Shown here: one piece after another, positions 12,481-26,200 of the stretch | Numbering within the stretch: the stretch's first letter is position 1 | How the letters are laid out: every line of letters starts with the position of its first letter | Source of the DNA: Octopus sinensis | Lineage: Eukaryota | NCBI RefSeq assembly: GCF_006345805.1 | Contig: NC_043000.1 | Coordinates: 142,290,001-142,354,000 of the forward strand | Length of the DNA stretch: 64,000 bases | Direction of reading: 5' to 3' | The notes under the pieces: generated by a model | Told to the model about the DNA's origin: nothing | The model's database searches: none | What the model saw: the letters and a program-made list of their open reading frames with translations, nothing else | Made by a program: the position numbers and the translations under genes

Positions 12481-13998
12481 TTACTATCATTATTATTATC
12501 ATTAGTAGTAGTAGTAGTAGTAGAAGAAGAAGAAAAAGAACAAGAAGGAGAAGAAAAATACCACCACCAATAATAACAAAAAAGAAAATAAACCAACAAG
12601 GAAATAATACGCAGTCATAAAAACAACAACATCAAGACGAACAATGTCAACAAGAATTTAGCTTTTTACCACCACAACTACACGAATGTAAAGAAGAAAA
12701 AAATTCAAGGGTTATTTTTAACGTAATCAGCACCTTTAGATTCTTATAGAAAACTTGTACTAATTTAATCATTCTCTTGGTAATTCTGAAAATCATATTT
12801 TCGGAAAACAAATTCAAGGACATTTATGTGTATGTACGAGGGGTATGTGTGTGAGGGAGATGGAGCGTGAGTATATGTTTGTGTGTGAGGGAGATGGAGC
12901 GTGAGTATATGTTTGTGTGTGTGTGTGTGTGTGTGTGCATAAAAAATACGTATTCGGCTATATATGGCGTCATTTTGGTAACACTGATTGTTACAAATTT
13001 AATATTTATTGATTTTAGAGTCTTTATATTGACAGAAATGGTAACCACTTTAGAAATTACTCTCTTTTCAAAATCAAAACATTTTATTTTTATTTTCAGA
13101 AAATATATTTACAAAACGTGTATTTCTCTTTCGAATATTACGCGCCTTCTCATTGTAGGATGTAAAAATCAAATGAAAAATCTATTCACGATCAATGAAA
13201 CATCTTTGCTAAATAATCATGTACATTAAAATAGCCAATAAGCGTTCGGCCCAAGGATTTCCGTTGAACCATTAAAATAAATAATAATAGCAACCTCTCT
13301 AAACGATATAAATCGATGCTATATTGATCATGATTAAGAAGAATATTTAATCATTTCATTTGCTGTAATAGCAATTATGTTGTAAAAAGTTAACGATATC
13401 CTTATCAACATGAGTAGCAATAATTCTATAGGTATTGTGTCTTCAGACCAAAACCAAGTTCGATCTATTTTTCAATGCAGAAAAGATTAAGTATAGATGA
13501 GGATGAACACCACACGCTTAGTTGCTCCTATAATAACACAAAAATCAAGAGGATACGTGACATAGGGAAGTGGGATTATAAAAAAAGGGGCTTGAATATT
13601 TGTACAAAAGGTTTTTTCTCCAGGACGCAAGACAACTTATAGCGAGCTGCCAGACAAAAAAAAAGACAAAAACAACGACTATCGAAGATACGCTTTCTTG
13701 GATATTGCTTTGCTCAGAACCTAAGATCATCTCAACTATTGTATTTTGGTGTCATTTGCACCATAATAGCGGAAGTTGATAAATTAACTTCATGGATCTT
13801 ACTGGTAGAGAAACAAAACATGAAATTAACGATCTATGGAAGCTAGCGTAGGACGCATGTTTCAAGTGCAACGTGGTGAAAACGCATTTCGGTTGTGACT
13901 ATTTGCTGAAGAAGAAATATATAACTATGTTAATTTCCACTGAAATAAACAGAATATTTATCCTGGTTTTATATGTGTTTTTAGTTATTTATGTGCCC

Positions 13999-14291
13999 AT
14001 TTCAAGCCTAGCCAGGCTCATTGGCCCGGTTTCCCGGTTTCTATGGCGTATGTGTTCCCTCAGTTGGATAGGACGCCAGTCCATCGCAGCGTTATTCAAG
14101 AAACAGGAAGAAAGAGTGAGAGTAAGTTGTGGCGAAAGAGTACAACAGAGGTCTCCCCCCCCACCGCCGGTGCCTCGTGGAGCTTTAGGTGTTTTCGCTC
14201 AATAAACACACTCAACGCCCGGTCTGGGAATTGAAACCGCGATCCTCCGACAGCGAGTTCACTGCCCTGACCACTGAGCCATTGCGCCTCC
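13999..14291 (-). mobile_element. SINE family C, tail type 1
   Basis: Reverse complement ggaggcgcaatggctcagtgg (A box)...ggtttcaattccc (B box); body shared with 45710; tail gatggactggcgtcctatcc...gaaaccggg. Confidence 0.9.
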
Positions 14292-14879
14292 ACTTTGTAT
14301 GTGTTAATCTATTAAAAATGTCCCTGTTCTTTATGTAGAGAGAATAAGTGAAGACAGAGACAAGTTAAAAATAAATTTTCGATATGCTATCAACAGTACT
14401 TTAGTACTTGTTGTGGAATAAGTTCTCGTACCAGTATTGTGATCGAAGATCATCTACAGGATAAATTCATCCATCCATTCCACAAGTTTCAAAGATCCTG
14501 AAAAATGATATGCACGCTGTTGTCATTGAATAGTTTTAAAATATATTTGCACGAAATTTGACACTTCGCCTATTGTCTACTATAGAAATAGTATAAATAA
14601 CTGGAGTATAAATAAGGTACAACGTAGTATGTAGTTGTGTGGAGCGTCTATAAATATAGAGATACCAATAACTTTCGGGTAACAAAGACTGACAGTTTCT
14701 TTTCCATAGTTGCATTCCATAGAGGAAGCGGTGGGTTGACAATCAATATTCTAGTGGTGCAGGGTAGAAGGTCCAGTTTATTTGAGTTCGGCAGTTGAGT
14801 ACACCTGAGTGTACACCCCAGAAAAGAGAATTCAAAATGCTGCTGCTGCGATTCACAAAGTATCACTATCTCCGAGAAA

Positions 14880-15340
14880 AGCCTGAACAGAAACAAGCAA
14901 AATACACGCTTGACACAACCTCTCCAGCATAGGACTAGCCATAGAATACCAGTAGTAGTACTGCCCTATGGTCTTGTGATTATGAATAAGAAAATTGAAA
15001 CCCCCTGAACAGAGTCATCAATACCTAAACAGTGTATGAACTTCAGTATAGCCTTACAAGAGAACCGGAGCACAATTAACCTAATACTGATCGATCGGCT
15101 TTTAGTAAGAAATTGAAAACTATCATCAGAGACCAAAATAGTTATTTCATAAAGGCACAATTAGCTGTTTAATTTCAGATATGCTATCAAGCTAGAGATG
15201 ATATAGATTAATTTGCAAATCTTCTAACCTCTAAGATAATAAGGTGCAATTTCAGGGCGTGCAATTAGCAGAACATAGGGTGAACGGAAAATTTTAATGG
15301 TCGTGGATCGCCTACTTGCTGATTAGGTCTAGGTTTGTAA
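14880..15340 (+). mobile_element. Possible very old L1/Tx1-like RT remnant
   Basis: Only loose motifs (KLKTIIRDQNSYFIKG resembling DQ.GFIKGR; VDR.YL); heavily decayed. Confidence 0.28.
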
Positions 15341-15969
15341 AACCTTTCTGGGATAGATCTTGCTCAATCTATTTGTATTTGTTATGTTTATGATTATCTA
15401 TCTGTTTTATCCTTTATACACACAGATCGCACACAATTTGTAAAATTCTAGTAATATATGCTTATGCTTACATTCAACGGCTTTTACTGCCATGGATGCA
15501 ACATTATTATATGAGTTTCCACGGCATCACCATATGCGAATCTTTCTTGCTGAAGTGCGTAAATCATTTTCTTTTAATATAGAAATACCGCATCGAGGAA
15601 GGCGCAGTTCTTACTTGTTTTGTATTGTTTCGAAAAATCATTTATTGCTTCTAGTGATATTTTTGTATGTTGTCTTCTCTGAGATTCGTACAATTTTTGT
15701 ATGGAGAAGATGCCGCGTAGAATATGTGCTATTTTATGCTATACTAATGGCAGCAACTGCGTAGAATATAAGTTGCATTTGCATTTAGTATTATGATGTC
15801 GAGTATAAAAAATGTAAGCGTATGTGTTGTGTTATTTAAAAATTTGTTGAGTATGTAGATTGTGTTGCGTTATATTGTTTTGTAGTGATCCGTAAGCTAA
15901 GTATAGTGCAAATTATGTTATATTAGTTGTGTGCAGATGTTTGAACTATACAATAAAATTAAAAATTAT

Positions 15970-17510
15970 TTTGCGTAGGAAATGGAATGCGCATAACAAA
16001 GATATCCTTCGTAATACGTGTAATGTTCTGAATCCTGGTAAGGGTTGGCATCCCTTCGTTTATAATTATAACACCTATTACTTTAGTTATACCTGATGTT
16101 GTTTTAATTTCCCTGCAAAACGTCCTCCATTATTTTGGTAGTTTCTCCAGCTCGTTTCTGTCAACTATTTTCTCAAAAGATAAGAGGAGTTCTATCACAG
16201 CAAGAGGATTTCCCAATTAGTCTTTAAATATTACGCTGGATAGTTTGCTTTGATTTTCCTCTCTCTTTGAACAGGATCTTCTCAAATAAGTTTGGCTTAG
16301 TATCTTTCATGCACCATGTGTATCACAGTTTTATACCGTTCGCATCTAAGTGTTGGACGGAACCACCGACACGAGTCATCTATGATAATGCATTCACCCA
16401 CATAATTTTACTTATTACAAAGGTTGCACTCGCTCTTTTTCTTCACTAATTTCTATTGTCTGTTAGGTTAGATATAAGCCTAATTCACCTAGATTCAAAG
16501 TTCCTGTTCTATGTTAAGTACACCGATTTAGGGAATGTTTTTGTATTATTTCTGTGATGTCCTATGAGCTATTATTCCTAGCTGGTTTTATTCCTATTTT
16601 TCGATGTATTTTAGAATTCGAACTTTAAAACTTTTTCCCTTTGACTATCTAATTTTTTTCTCCAGTGTAGTTAACTTCCAACTTGTACAATATATTTTTC
16701 GCGATTTCATAAAAGGTGATTACTCTCCTGTTGTGCACTTCTTATTACTTTACTTGTACAATTGTCATTATTATTTGCATTTCAATACGTCCACTTTCTG
16801 TCCGAGGTAGATGTATTTTGTTCCAGCGTTAAGATGTTTGCAATACCCTCAGTTATTTTCTTTTTATCTGAACACTTCACTTAAATAAATTTCCCGTTTT
16901 GCATATTGAAGCTGTAATTTATAATAAGGAACACAAATGTATTTATGCCTGTTGTCATAATCTCTTTATATATTTATATCACAGTTTGACTCCACTTTAG
17001 TACTCATTTTTAATTCTTGCTTCATTTCTGGGTAGTACATTACCTGTTTCCTATTGTGTTAAGTGGCTTTCATCTAATTAACTCATTTCAATGTCGGTAG
17101 AAATTGAATACATTTACTTTTACATCTGCATATTTCTATCGCAGATTTAGGACATTTGCCTAATCCAATACGTAATTTTGTTTGTTGGGCGAGATTATGA
17201 GCGATTACTATTAGGTCTTGCAACTAGAGGTGCTTTAACCTTTCTGCCACATCTGTACCTATAGCTAATTTCATTCAGTATATTTATCAATGCAGTCAGA
17301 GCTATGCAAAAGATTAAGGACATAACATGTCACCCTGGAAGATATTTATTCTTGTGGATATAATGACGTTTTTAAGTATCCCTTCCTGTTGTGATATTGT
17401 GGTTTTTTTCCTTTTGTTTGATATATTTTGTTGGTAATGAGGCAATTTACTGTTAAGGAGTGCCTCCATTGTGAAAAAGCGTAAAAATTCTTTCAAATGC
17501 TTTAGGGTAT
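15970..17510 (-). mobile_element. Degenerate R4/Dong-type LINE, RT to 3' end
   Basis: Minus strand: KAFERI, IFQGDMLCP, FCIALTALINILNEISYRYRCG, GINTFVFLIINYSFN, LPRTESGR, KIKANYP, collinear with the 41.7-43.5 kb copy. Confidence 0.8.
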
Positions 17511-18946
17511 TCACTGTGCTATTTTTATTTCTTTTTTTGATCTAAAAAAAATACATAGTTTACTCTCTTAAAGAAAACAAAATATAAGGCTGATAGTGGA
17601 AAGTATTCACAGCTAACAAATCTGGTTTTTTTTTTTGTTTGTTCAGGAAGCCTCAATGAGAAATATTTACGTTAATATCGCTGTTTTCTGAAACGTACCG
17701 ATGTTTATTCTTGTTTGTAACCTGCCAAAGTCTTTAGAAGCGTTCTAAATCATTAGAATCGTACGATGACAAATTCCGTAAATGATTTATCTAGCTAATT
17801 CGGTCCAACTTCACAGATGTTCGGCCTACTACAAGAAAAGATTATAGTGATTTGGCATTGCGAATCGATTATTATTGCACATTTGCAATTTTCTTCCTGT
17901 AAAATATTGTCCATCACAGAATTGCTAAATGATTGTCTAAGGACACACTAAGTAGTCATCTGTCAAAAAGCAGGAGTCGAAGTTGATTTTCCTGGGTTGG
18001 GAATATACATTCAACTGGATTCTGAGGTAAATTTTCTATCAACTTCCACAGCAACGCATACCGAATAGAAATAATTATTGATAAAATTATAATTAGAATC
18101 AGTACATTCATGAGAATATTAGAAACTCATCAAAGTGACTTAATTAAACACTTGGTAAAATAGGTGTAGCCTTTCAAACTTGCGGATTAAACAAAATCCC
18201 TAATCTACGAAATTCAGTGTAATTCCTTGCCACTATACCCTGAATATGAAGTCAGGTGACCATATGAGAATTCATGGTGATCAAAGATTTACCACTTTTT
18301 CTACGAAGTAATTCTATTGTTTTATCCTAACAGAAAGGAATATGAACTTAGAGCTGCTAGGGCTAAAGTTAAGATTAAAATTATTATTGATGCGATTATA
18401 AAATCCAAAAATTTTACGAAAGCTCTGGTTCAAAACAGTGGGTTTAGGCAACCGGTTGGAGAAAATCTACAAGTTGCCAATCAAAGTAGTTTTAACCGCT
18501 TTTTTAAGACCTCCGCAAAGAATTTGTATATACCGATTGAAATAAAAACGATCGAAACCATCTAAGTGTGATTACACATAAAACCATAATACGTTATTGG
18601 TTAAAATAAAGGCGGGATTCATGCCAGTAATATAGGTGCGCCCGGCAAAGCGTGAAGTTTAAGGTGCATGCTGATTGGTCAAAACGCATACGAAAAATTC
18701 AGCTAAATTATATAAAATGGAAGACGTCAGACACTTTACTACAGTTGTCAGACATTCAGCTCAACTGTCAGTGAATACATTTTGAAATCTGATGGTTACT
18801 ACGAACGTCTGAGAGTGCTAATTGAACTTTATGAACATTAAGAAATATATCTTTTTAGCGTTTAACACGTTTCAGCATTATAAAAACATATTTTGATACA
18901 ATAATAAAAAAAACAGGAAAACCAGACCATGTAACTTTATTCAACT

Positions 18947-19008
<62 letters not shown>

Positions 19009-19475
19009 TGAATGTATGTATGTGCGTGTATCAATTGCTCTAAGAAGTAAATAATTTATCACATTGGAACGGGCTGGAAATGGGGGAAGCGAATGAAAAA
19101 GATTTTTTAGACAGGGCTTAACCATTAATTGATTTCTAGTTTAAGGGTGTGACTTCCGTTATTGTCATCATTATGATACTTGGAAAAGGATGCGTGGCGT
19201 TTGATTATATAATAATGATACAAATAATACATTAATATATGCTTATATACATGCATATATGTACATACCTACATGTATATGTATATATACATGCATATAT
19301 GGGTACAGGACATAAAAACAAAAAAACATAGAAACGAACTTTATTTCGGACAACGAAAAAAACAAACAGAAAAACGAGACATACAACATAAAGAATATTC
19401 CCCTTCTTCAGTTGTCCCTGTCTCAACTACTCCACGTTTCGAAGATATATATATTATATATATACATGTGTATAT

Positions 19476-19543
<68 letters not shown>

Positions 19544-21399
19544 GTATGTATATATATAATGGTCTTAAGCCTATAAATTAACTTCTGTGTAGTGAAGAGT
19601 TATGAAAATGAAAAAAAACATTAAGTTCTCTTATTTATGCAGGTTACGATATTTGTATTAGTTCAGTTCTCAAGTTTCAATTTCCTAATAAAAACAAATC
19701 TATATTTCTTTTCCAAATCCAAAGAAATTACATTTCTGCAAAATCTATAATTTTAAATAAACAAGTTGGTCTCTTTGAAAAGTTTACAATACGTTTATCA
19801 GAGATACACTTTTCAAGTTCCCCTTTTATCTCATAGAGAAAATATTAAATGATATCCTAATCTAGAAAAAAAAAAGCAGACAAAATTAAACAGGATATCT
19901 TCCTAATACTATAACGAAAATAATCATCTGCAATCAAGTTTTGGGTTTTGTTATATTATCATTCCACGAAACGCTATATATACGTCTTCCGTGACTTTGG
20001 GAAGATATACAAATTATCCAGCGTTTGCGTGATGTGTGTATATAGCTAACCAAATAATGATACTGATATAGCTGTGTGTTTAACCGGGTCAGTCAATGTC
20101 AAAAGGATTTAATTTGATTACTTTTCAGTTTTTAAAATTCAGTAAGATTGATGTCTTCGTCATTTTGAAGTGAAACAGAAATCACGATGCTATATCCATC
20201 AGAAAATTTTAATGAAAAATCTAAGAACTGTTTTTATGAATTAGTTGCTTAGTTACATTTTTGCTTATTTTATGTATATATATATATATATATATTTGTA
20301 AAATGAAAACTAAAATAACGAACATCAGTGTTAATAAACACTGAGTAGATCAATGTGTTTATCTATATTCACATGCACATTATGTAAAAATATCAATAAA
20401 CATGTGTTTATATATAAATATATGCAGGTGTGATCCCGACAATATGCTTATGTATTTCCTTGAGGGTGTATCAGAGACCGTATGCGAGTGCGTGTCTGTG
20501 AGTGCTTGTGTATGTGTACTTTAAATGTAAACATCTTTGTAAGGGGCGTGATTAATGCCAAGTTTATGAGCTCGGAAATATCTATATCAAATTCTAAGTA
20601 GATACGTGTTAGGTAGTTCCAGTTTAATACAAATATCACCAAAAGCCAAAGGCGAGTTACTCTGCACATAATTGAATAGTCTCCAATGACAAGATATGAT
20701 TTACAGACAGCTCACATCTTTGCAAAATCATGTTTCAATTTTTCTGTATCCTATTTTTTAAAAATTTAATCACTTTAAACTATAGAGGAAATATTTCTCT
20801 CAAACTCTACTATAAAACTCCAGTGACAATGAAGTATAGACATATACACATGCATGCATACACATACACATATGATTATATATGTGTGAATGTGTGTTTT
20901 AGTGTGTGTGTGTGTGTGTATGTATTAAAAGCGATAGATAATGAGCGAGCGAAAGATATATATATATATATATATGTTTGCAGACACAAGCCATGAGAAA
21001 TAAGAGAGTTCACAAATAGGTAGAGGCACTTAATCTGTATCCCCATATAACTATAGGTATTTATGTGTTTCATTAATCTATTAATTTTCATATGATTATT
21101 GATTAATTGTTGCGAATATTATTTGTATTCTGTTCGGAAATTGAAATTTACGATAGTGGCTTTCTACATCTTTCTTTAATTTCTGAGTCTCTTTGTACAT
21201 GTGCATGAATGCGAATACGTAAATATGAGCATTTAGAAACGGTAATGTTGAAATTAGTAATCTGCTGCACCAAACAAACTACAAAGTACACATATGAAAC
21301 ATATTCGTTAAAAAAAATGAAATCAGAAAATCTTTATGTATTCTACAAAATGTCACTGCAACAAAAGCTATCCTCATACTTAAAAACATTCAATAATTC

Positions 21400-21435
<36 letters not shown>

Positions 21436-21518
21436 GTGTGTCTGTGTGTGTGTGTGTGTGTGTGTATGTATGCATGTATGCATGCATGTATATATGTATG
21501 TGTGTGTGTGTGTATACA

Positions 21519-22170
21519 CAGTACCGTGCAAATGGTTTCGGTCACCTCACATAAAATAATCAAGATACTGTGTTTTAAATCAGAAAAATGTCCATAATGA
21601 ATATGTATTATATAATGTTCATTCAACAAATTACTGTACTTTATTAAAATTTCGTGTGGCTTCCCTTACCTTGAATAATTGCTTCAATGCACCTGTGGGA
21701 AGATGCGTACAAATCCTTCACAGGTATGAGATGTCATCCTCTTAGGCTGAGCTCCTACAAATCTTCAAGATTGCGTGGATTCTTCTGAAGAACGCTTCTC
21801 TATAGTTCTACACACATTTACTCGATGATATTTTAGTCAGAGCTTTGAGCTGGCCAATAATGCAATACTGTAACACCTTTATCAGCCAGTCTCTGTAATG
21901 GTGAACGCGATCTGTAGCACGGAGCTCCGTCATGCTGAAACATCTCACCTTTACCCATGTTTGGTATCAAATTGTCCTTCAGCAACTGGTTGTATTTGGC
22001 ACTATCGAAGTTACCGTCAATTTTAACCAACTTTCTTGAACCATCACTTTTTATGTATCCCCAAAGCATAAGTCTCTTACCCTAACGTGGATCGTTTCGC
22101 TTTCCTGGAAGCCTCCTGAAAAATTCTCGATTATTAGGCTTTGCGTAAAGTACCAAACATATTTTAAAAT
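21519..22170 (-). mobile_element. Tc1-type (DD34E) transposase relic with one terminus
   Basis: GKRLMLWGYI, FQHDGAPCY, WPAQSSDL.NIIE motifs; TIR-like CAGTACCGTGCAAATGGTTTCGG at 21519. Confidence 0.88.
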
Positions 22171-22252
22171 ACTGGGTTGTTTTCATCTCGAGATGCTATT
22201 TTCATCTCATACAAAATATATACAGTACTTATTAAGTTTTTTATATACATAT

Positions 22253-22315
<63 letters not shown>

Positions 22316-22322
22316 CTTATAT

Positions 22323-22377
<55 letters not shown>

Positions 22378-22527
22378 CCTTGTTTCTCTCCTTGTTTTCT
22401 ATGTCCCTATCTGTAGAAGAGCGTAGGCTCGAAACGTAAAATACTTTTTCTATTCCTGAGCGTTTTACTAATGCATTTGTTTGTTTTGAACACCAGATGT
22501 CTTCATCTATTGTTGTTTTTTTCGTAA
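22378..22527 (+). mobile_element. HHR-2 family short element flanked by (TA)n
   Basis: ctgtaga-a-gagc-gtag-gctc-gaaacgta at 22411-22438, followed by ttcctgagcg; similar to 49.36-49.5 and 61.9-62.08 kb. Confidence 0.8.
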
Positions 22528-22558
22528 ACTCCCCCTATATACATATATATATATATAT

Positions 22559-22609
<51 letters not shown>

Positions 22610-23747
22610 CAAAGAGACACAGTGAGAGACAATGTGCACAAACGCACGCTCACACGCGCACACACTCACATATGCTGGATTAACAACTAAGCAGAAGCGT
22701 CCTCAATGCAGGTGGTAAAATGATTAATTTAGAAAAAGCTGATGTTCCACTCTACTTCTATACTTCTCATATGTCCTCGCTACATAGCAAACTTGAGACG
22801 GCATTACGTCAGTATTCGAAATCACAACAGGTTTCTAAATGGAATTAAAAACATAATGATTATTACAAAAGAATAATTTTTTTGAAAAAGTGACGCCTCG
22901 TATATAAATATATGAATACTTAAAACTTCAAAAGATAGGCAGAATGTTGGCGTTACTGCTAAACATATTAATTTGACGTTATTTATTTCTCTATATACAG
23001 GTGTATATTTTCGCCTTAACGTCTAAAAGAGTCATAGTTTATAACCCGATATGCTTATAGTTTGAATTATATATCTATAAGCCAGTGTTAATAACGCTAG
23101 CTTTCTTCATAGAAGTTTACAATACAACATGCCTATATATTTTGCTACAGAAATATAAAAGAGTTTTTGGAGTGCATAATTTTTTATTCGTGTGTATTTT
23201 ACCGACCGAATGTGCCTCTGTGTGTGTGTGTGTGTGTGTGTGTGGATTACTTTAGGTTGCTTCTATGTGTGTGTTAGAAATTTTATGTGAGTGCTAGGTA
23301 ATATCTTGAAATTTCTGAAGTCGATCGTAGTGACTTTCTGTTCGTGGACACCAATTTATACAGGAAGCTCTATCAGAGCGATTCTGGGTTAATGTAGCTT
23401 CAAAATTATACACTTGCAACTATTACGATTCAGTTAGCGTCAGTTAAATCATTTAGATTACCAGGTTCATTTCTTTATAATTAGGTTTATCATAGCTACA
23501 TTGATTAGATCAACTTTGATTTACAACTAACGACTCGTCATCCAGATTTCGAGTTAAGGCTAATTGGCGTTGAATACGTTGAAAACTGACAGATGGATAA
23601 TATGTATAGGTACGTACGTGCGTGTGTCTGTGTGCGCGCATGAATATACATATATGTGTATGTCTGTGCATGTATGAACGTATGTATAGTTATGTATCTG
23701 TCTATGGATAATCTTCATATATGTGCACACACATATGTGTGTGCCTG

Positions 23748-23822
<75 letters not shown>

Positions 23823-23876
23823 GCATATATATATATATATGTATATACATATATATATATGCATGTATATATATTT

Positions 23877-23938
<62 letters not shown>

Positions 23939-23973
23939 GCATATATATATATATATATATATATGCATATATA

Positions 23974-24018
<45 letters not shown>

Positions 24019-24934
24019 AAGCATGCATAAATGCAAATCTCTCATTATACAACATACGTAGCGTTACACAGTCATAAGTATTCCAATTAATATCCTTTTA
24101 TTCTACTCCGCCATTGACCCTTGTTGAATATCTTGTCAAAGATGTTGCGCCTTACCCAATGAATATAGCTGTTGCTAGTTAAATCTGCCCAGATGTAATT
24201 AAGTATCATGAAGGCTGGAAGGCTCAGGTAGGATTCGTCAATTAATCAGTATTTTGATAGATTTCATTGCTCAATTTCGTATATGATCATGAAAAATCTT
24301 AATGTGATCTTTTTATAAGCGCATGTTTAGGAATGGCAGTGATCACCTCAGTCGTTCGATTTTCAATGTAGACTGAAATTAGCATTTTCAATTAATTGCT
24401 ATTGTGGCACACTGTGTCAGACGTTAAAACCCATTACATTCTGACGTAAGTCACGAATAATTAGATTCACATAACTTAGAGAGTTTCGTGACGGGACTAT
24501 TATTTACGCAATGTCATAGCTGTGTTATTAAGAAATTTGCATTACACCAAGATGATATAGAGATCAGTCCCATTATGGGGCTCCTTGGGCAAGTGACCTT
24601 TACTCTACCTTATGGAATAACCAAAGTTTTGTCAATGAAATTATTTAGTCCACAGAATATGGTGGAAGTTCGTCGTCGAAATCAACCATACCCTTGTGTA
24701 AGTAGATTTTGTATATTACTCAGTTTACGATCAAAACTTGGATTTTGAGTGATTTCAAAGGAATTCAATCTATTTCAAGCTTTCAAAGCAGGATGATAAT
24801 CTCCTGTCAACCAGTTATCCAGGCTGTAAAAAGTATCAAATGAGCTCCTATTCATTATTGGATCAAGAAATTAATGCTTGTGCATGCATGAAACTGTGTG
24901 TGGATGTGTGTGCAAGTGTGGCGATGTGTGACAT

Positions 24935-26200
24935 AATAGTTACAAAGCTTGGTTCACAGATATAACATTCGAACGATGCGGTGAGTGTCATTTGCATAGT
25001 ACTTTACTCCAATAGTTTCTTTAATAGGATGTTGTTGCCAACCTTGCCAAATGCTTTGCTGAGGTAAATGACGTCGGTGATGGATCTCTGTTCCAGAGCC
25101 TTTAGGATGTCATCGTAGCTGTGTTAGGTGATCTTTGCCATTACTGAAACAATATTAGTTGGAAATAAGTAAACTGTTACATTCTAGGATGTGAGTTACT
25201 AGAGATCCCAGTCGATTGCCATTTTTGCAAACTGACAATCGACTGGGATAGGAAATTTTCAGGAATATGTCCAGCATCTAATGATTTCTCCGTTGCGGGC
25301 ATCTCTCCTGATAAACTCTAGCAGAGAACTTGTTGGGGCCTTCAGCTGAGTTGTTTACAATCTAATCAATAGCTGCTGCAATATTCGAGGCGCCAAATCA
25401 TATATCGGATAGGATGTGCTGGAAGTTGCTTCAACGAAACCGTAAGGATTAACTATGTTAGGATAGCTGAACGTGGAACAATATTGTTTCTACAGAACCT
25501 CAACCAGTCTTCTGCACCGTTATTCAGAGTGTCATCTCAATGGCTCTCTTTTATTCTGTTGTTCTTTGACTACCAATGATAATCTTCATGCAGTTTTGAA
25601 AATTATGTTTCTTTGATTCCAGTAAAGCTATATCTGTCAAGTACAGGCGTTGCCGCTGGCAATATTTTAGTCGACTGATTTTTCGATTAATCTTTTTTTC
25701 TTTTTCTTGTAAGTGATCTCCTGTTACGTGAGAGCCTGCGTTTAGCTTTGCTCACGGGCCGTAGTTGAACGTGGTGTGAACGTATATTTGTGAAAATGTC
25801 TACAAATAGCTGTCAAGATGCATTGATACTGCTTGTGGTGAGAATGAGTGAAAAATCAATAAACGAGTGAAAGATCGTGGGCGACTGCGTTCCAGTTAGC
25901 AATGCCTAGATCCATGTGTTCAAAAATGTTTGCTAGAGCGAGATCGTACTGATTAACTTTTTGTTTCTGGCACTTCCAAACTACAGAGTTTGATACCGTG
26001 GTCCCAAAAGAAATTTGTGTTTGTACTATAAGGAACAGTGTGAGAGTGGTTACTAAACACTCAATCCAATGTGTTTTTATTGAATATCGTTGGGACGAGC
26101 ACGAACCTGGATAGGAATATTTCGTTCTTGAATTCGTAATGTGATTCCGCTGCTACTTTCTTGCTGGTTGAAATGCACTCACTTGTCTTCAAAGTATGAG
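24935..26200 (-). mobile_element. CR1/L2-clade LINE relic (RT region)
   Basis: Minus strand AEGPNKFS, SLDAGHIP, HLTQL..YDDILKALE, DVIYLSKAFGKVGNNILLKKL (cf. DVIYLDFSKAFDKVDH). Upstream boundary approximate. Confidence 0.75.

Noticed and set aside
12851-12918. 34-bp tandem duplication (and a 30-bp one near 50730-50795)
   Set aside because: Real, but ordinary slippage within TG- or CT-rich tracts.
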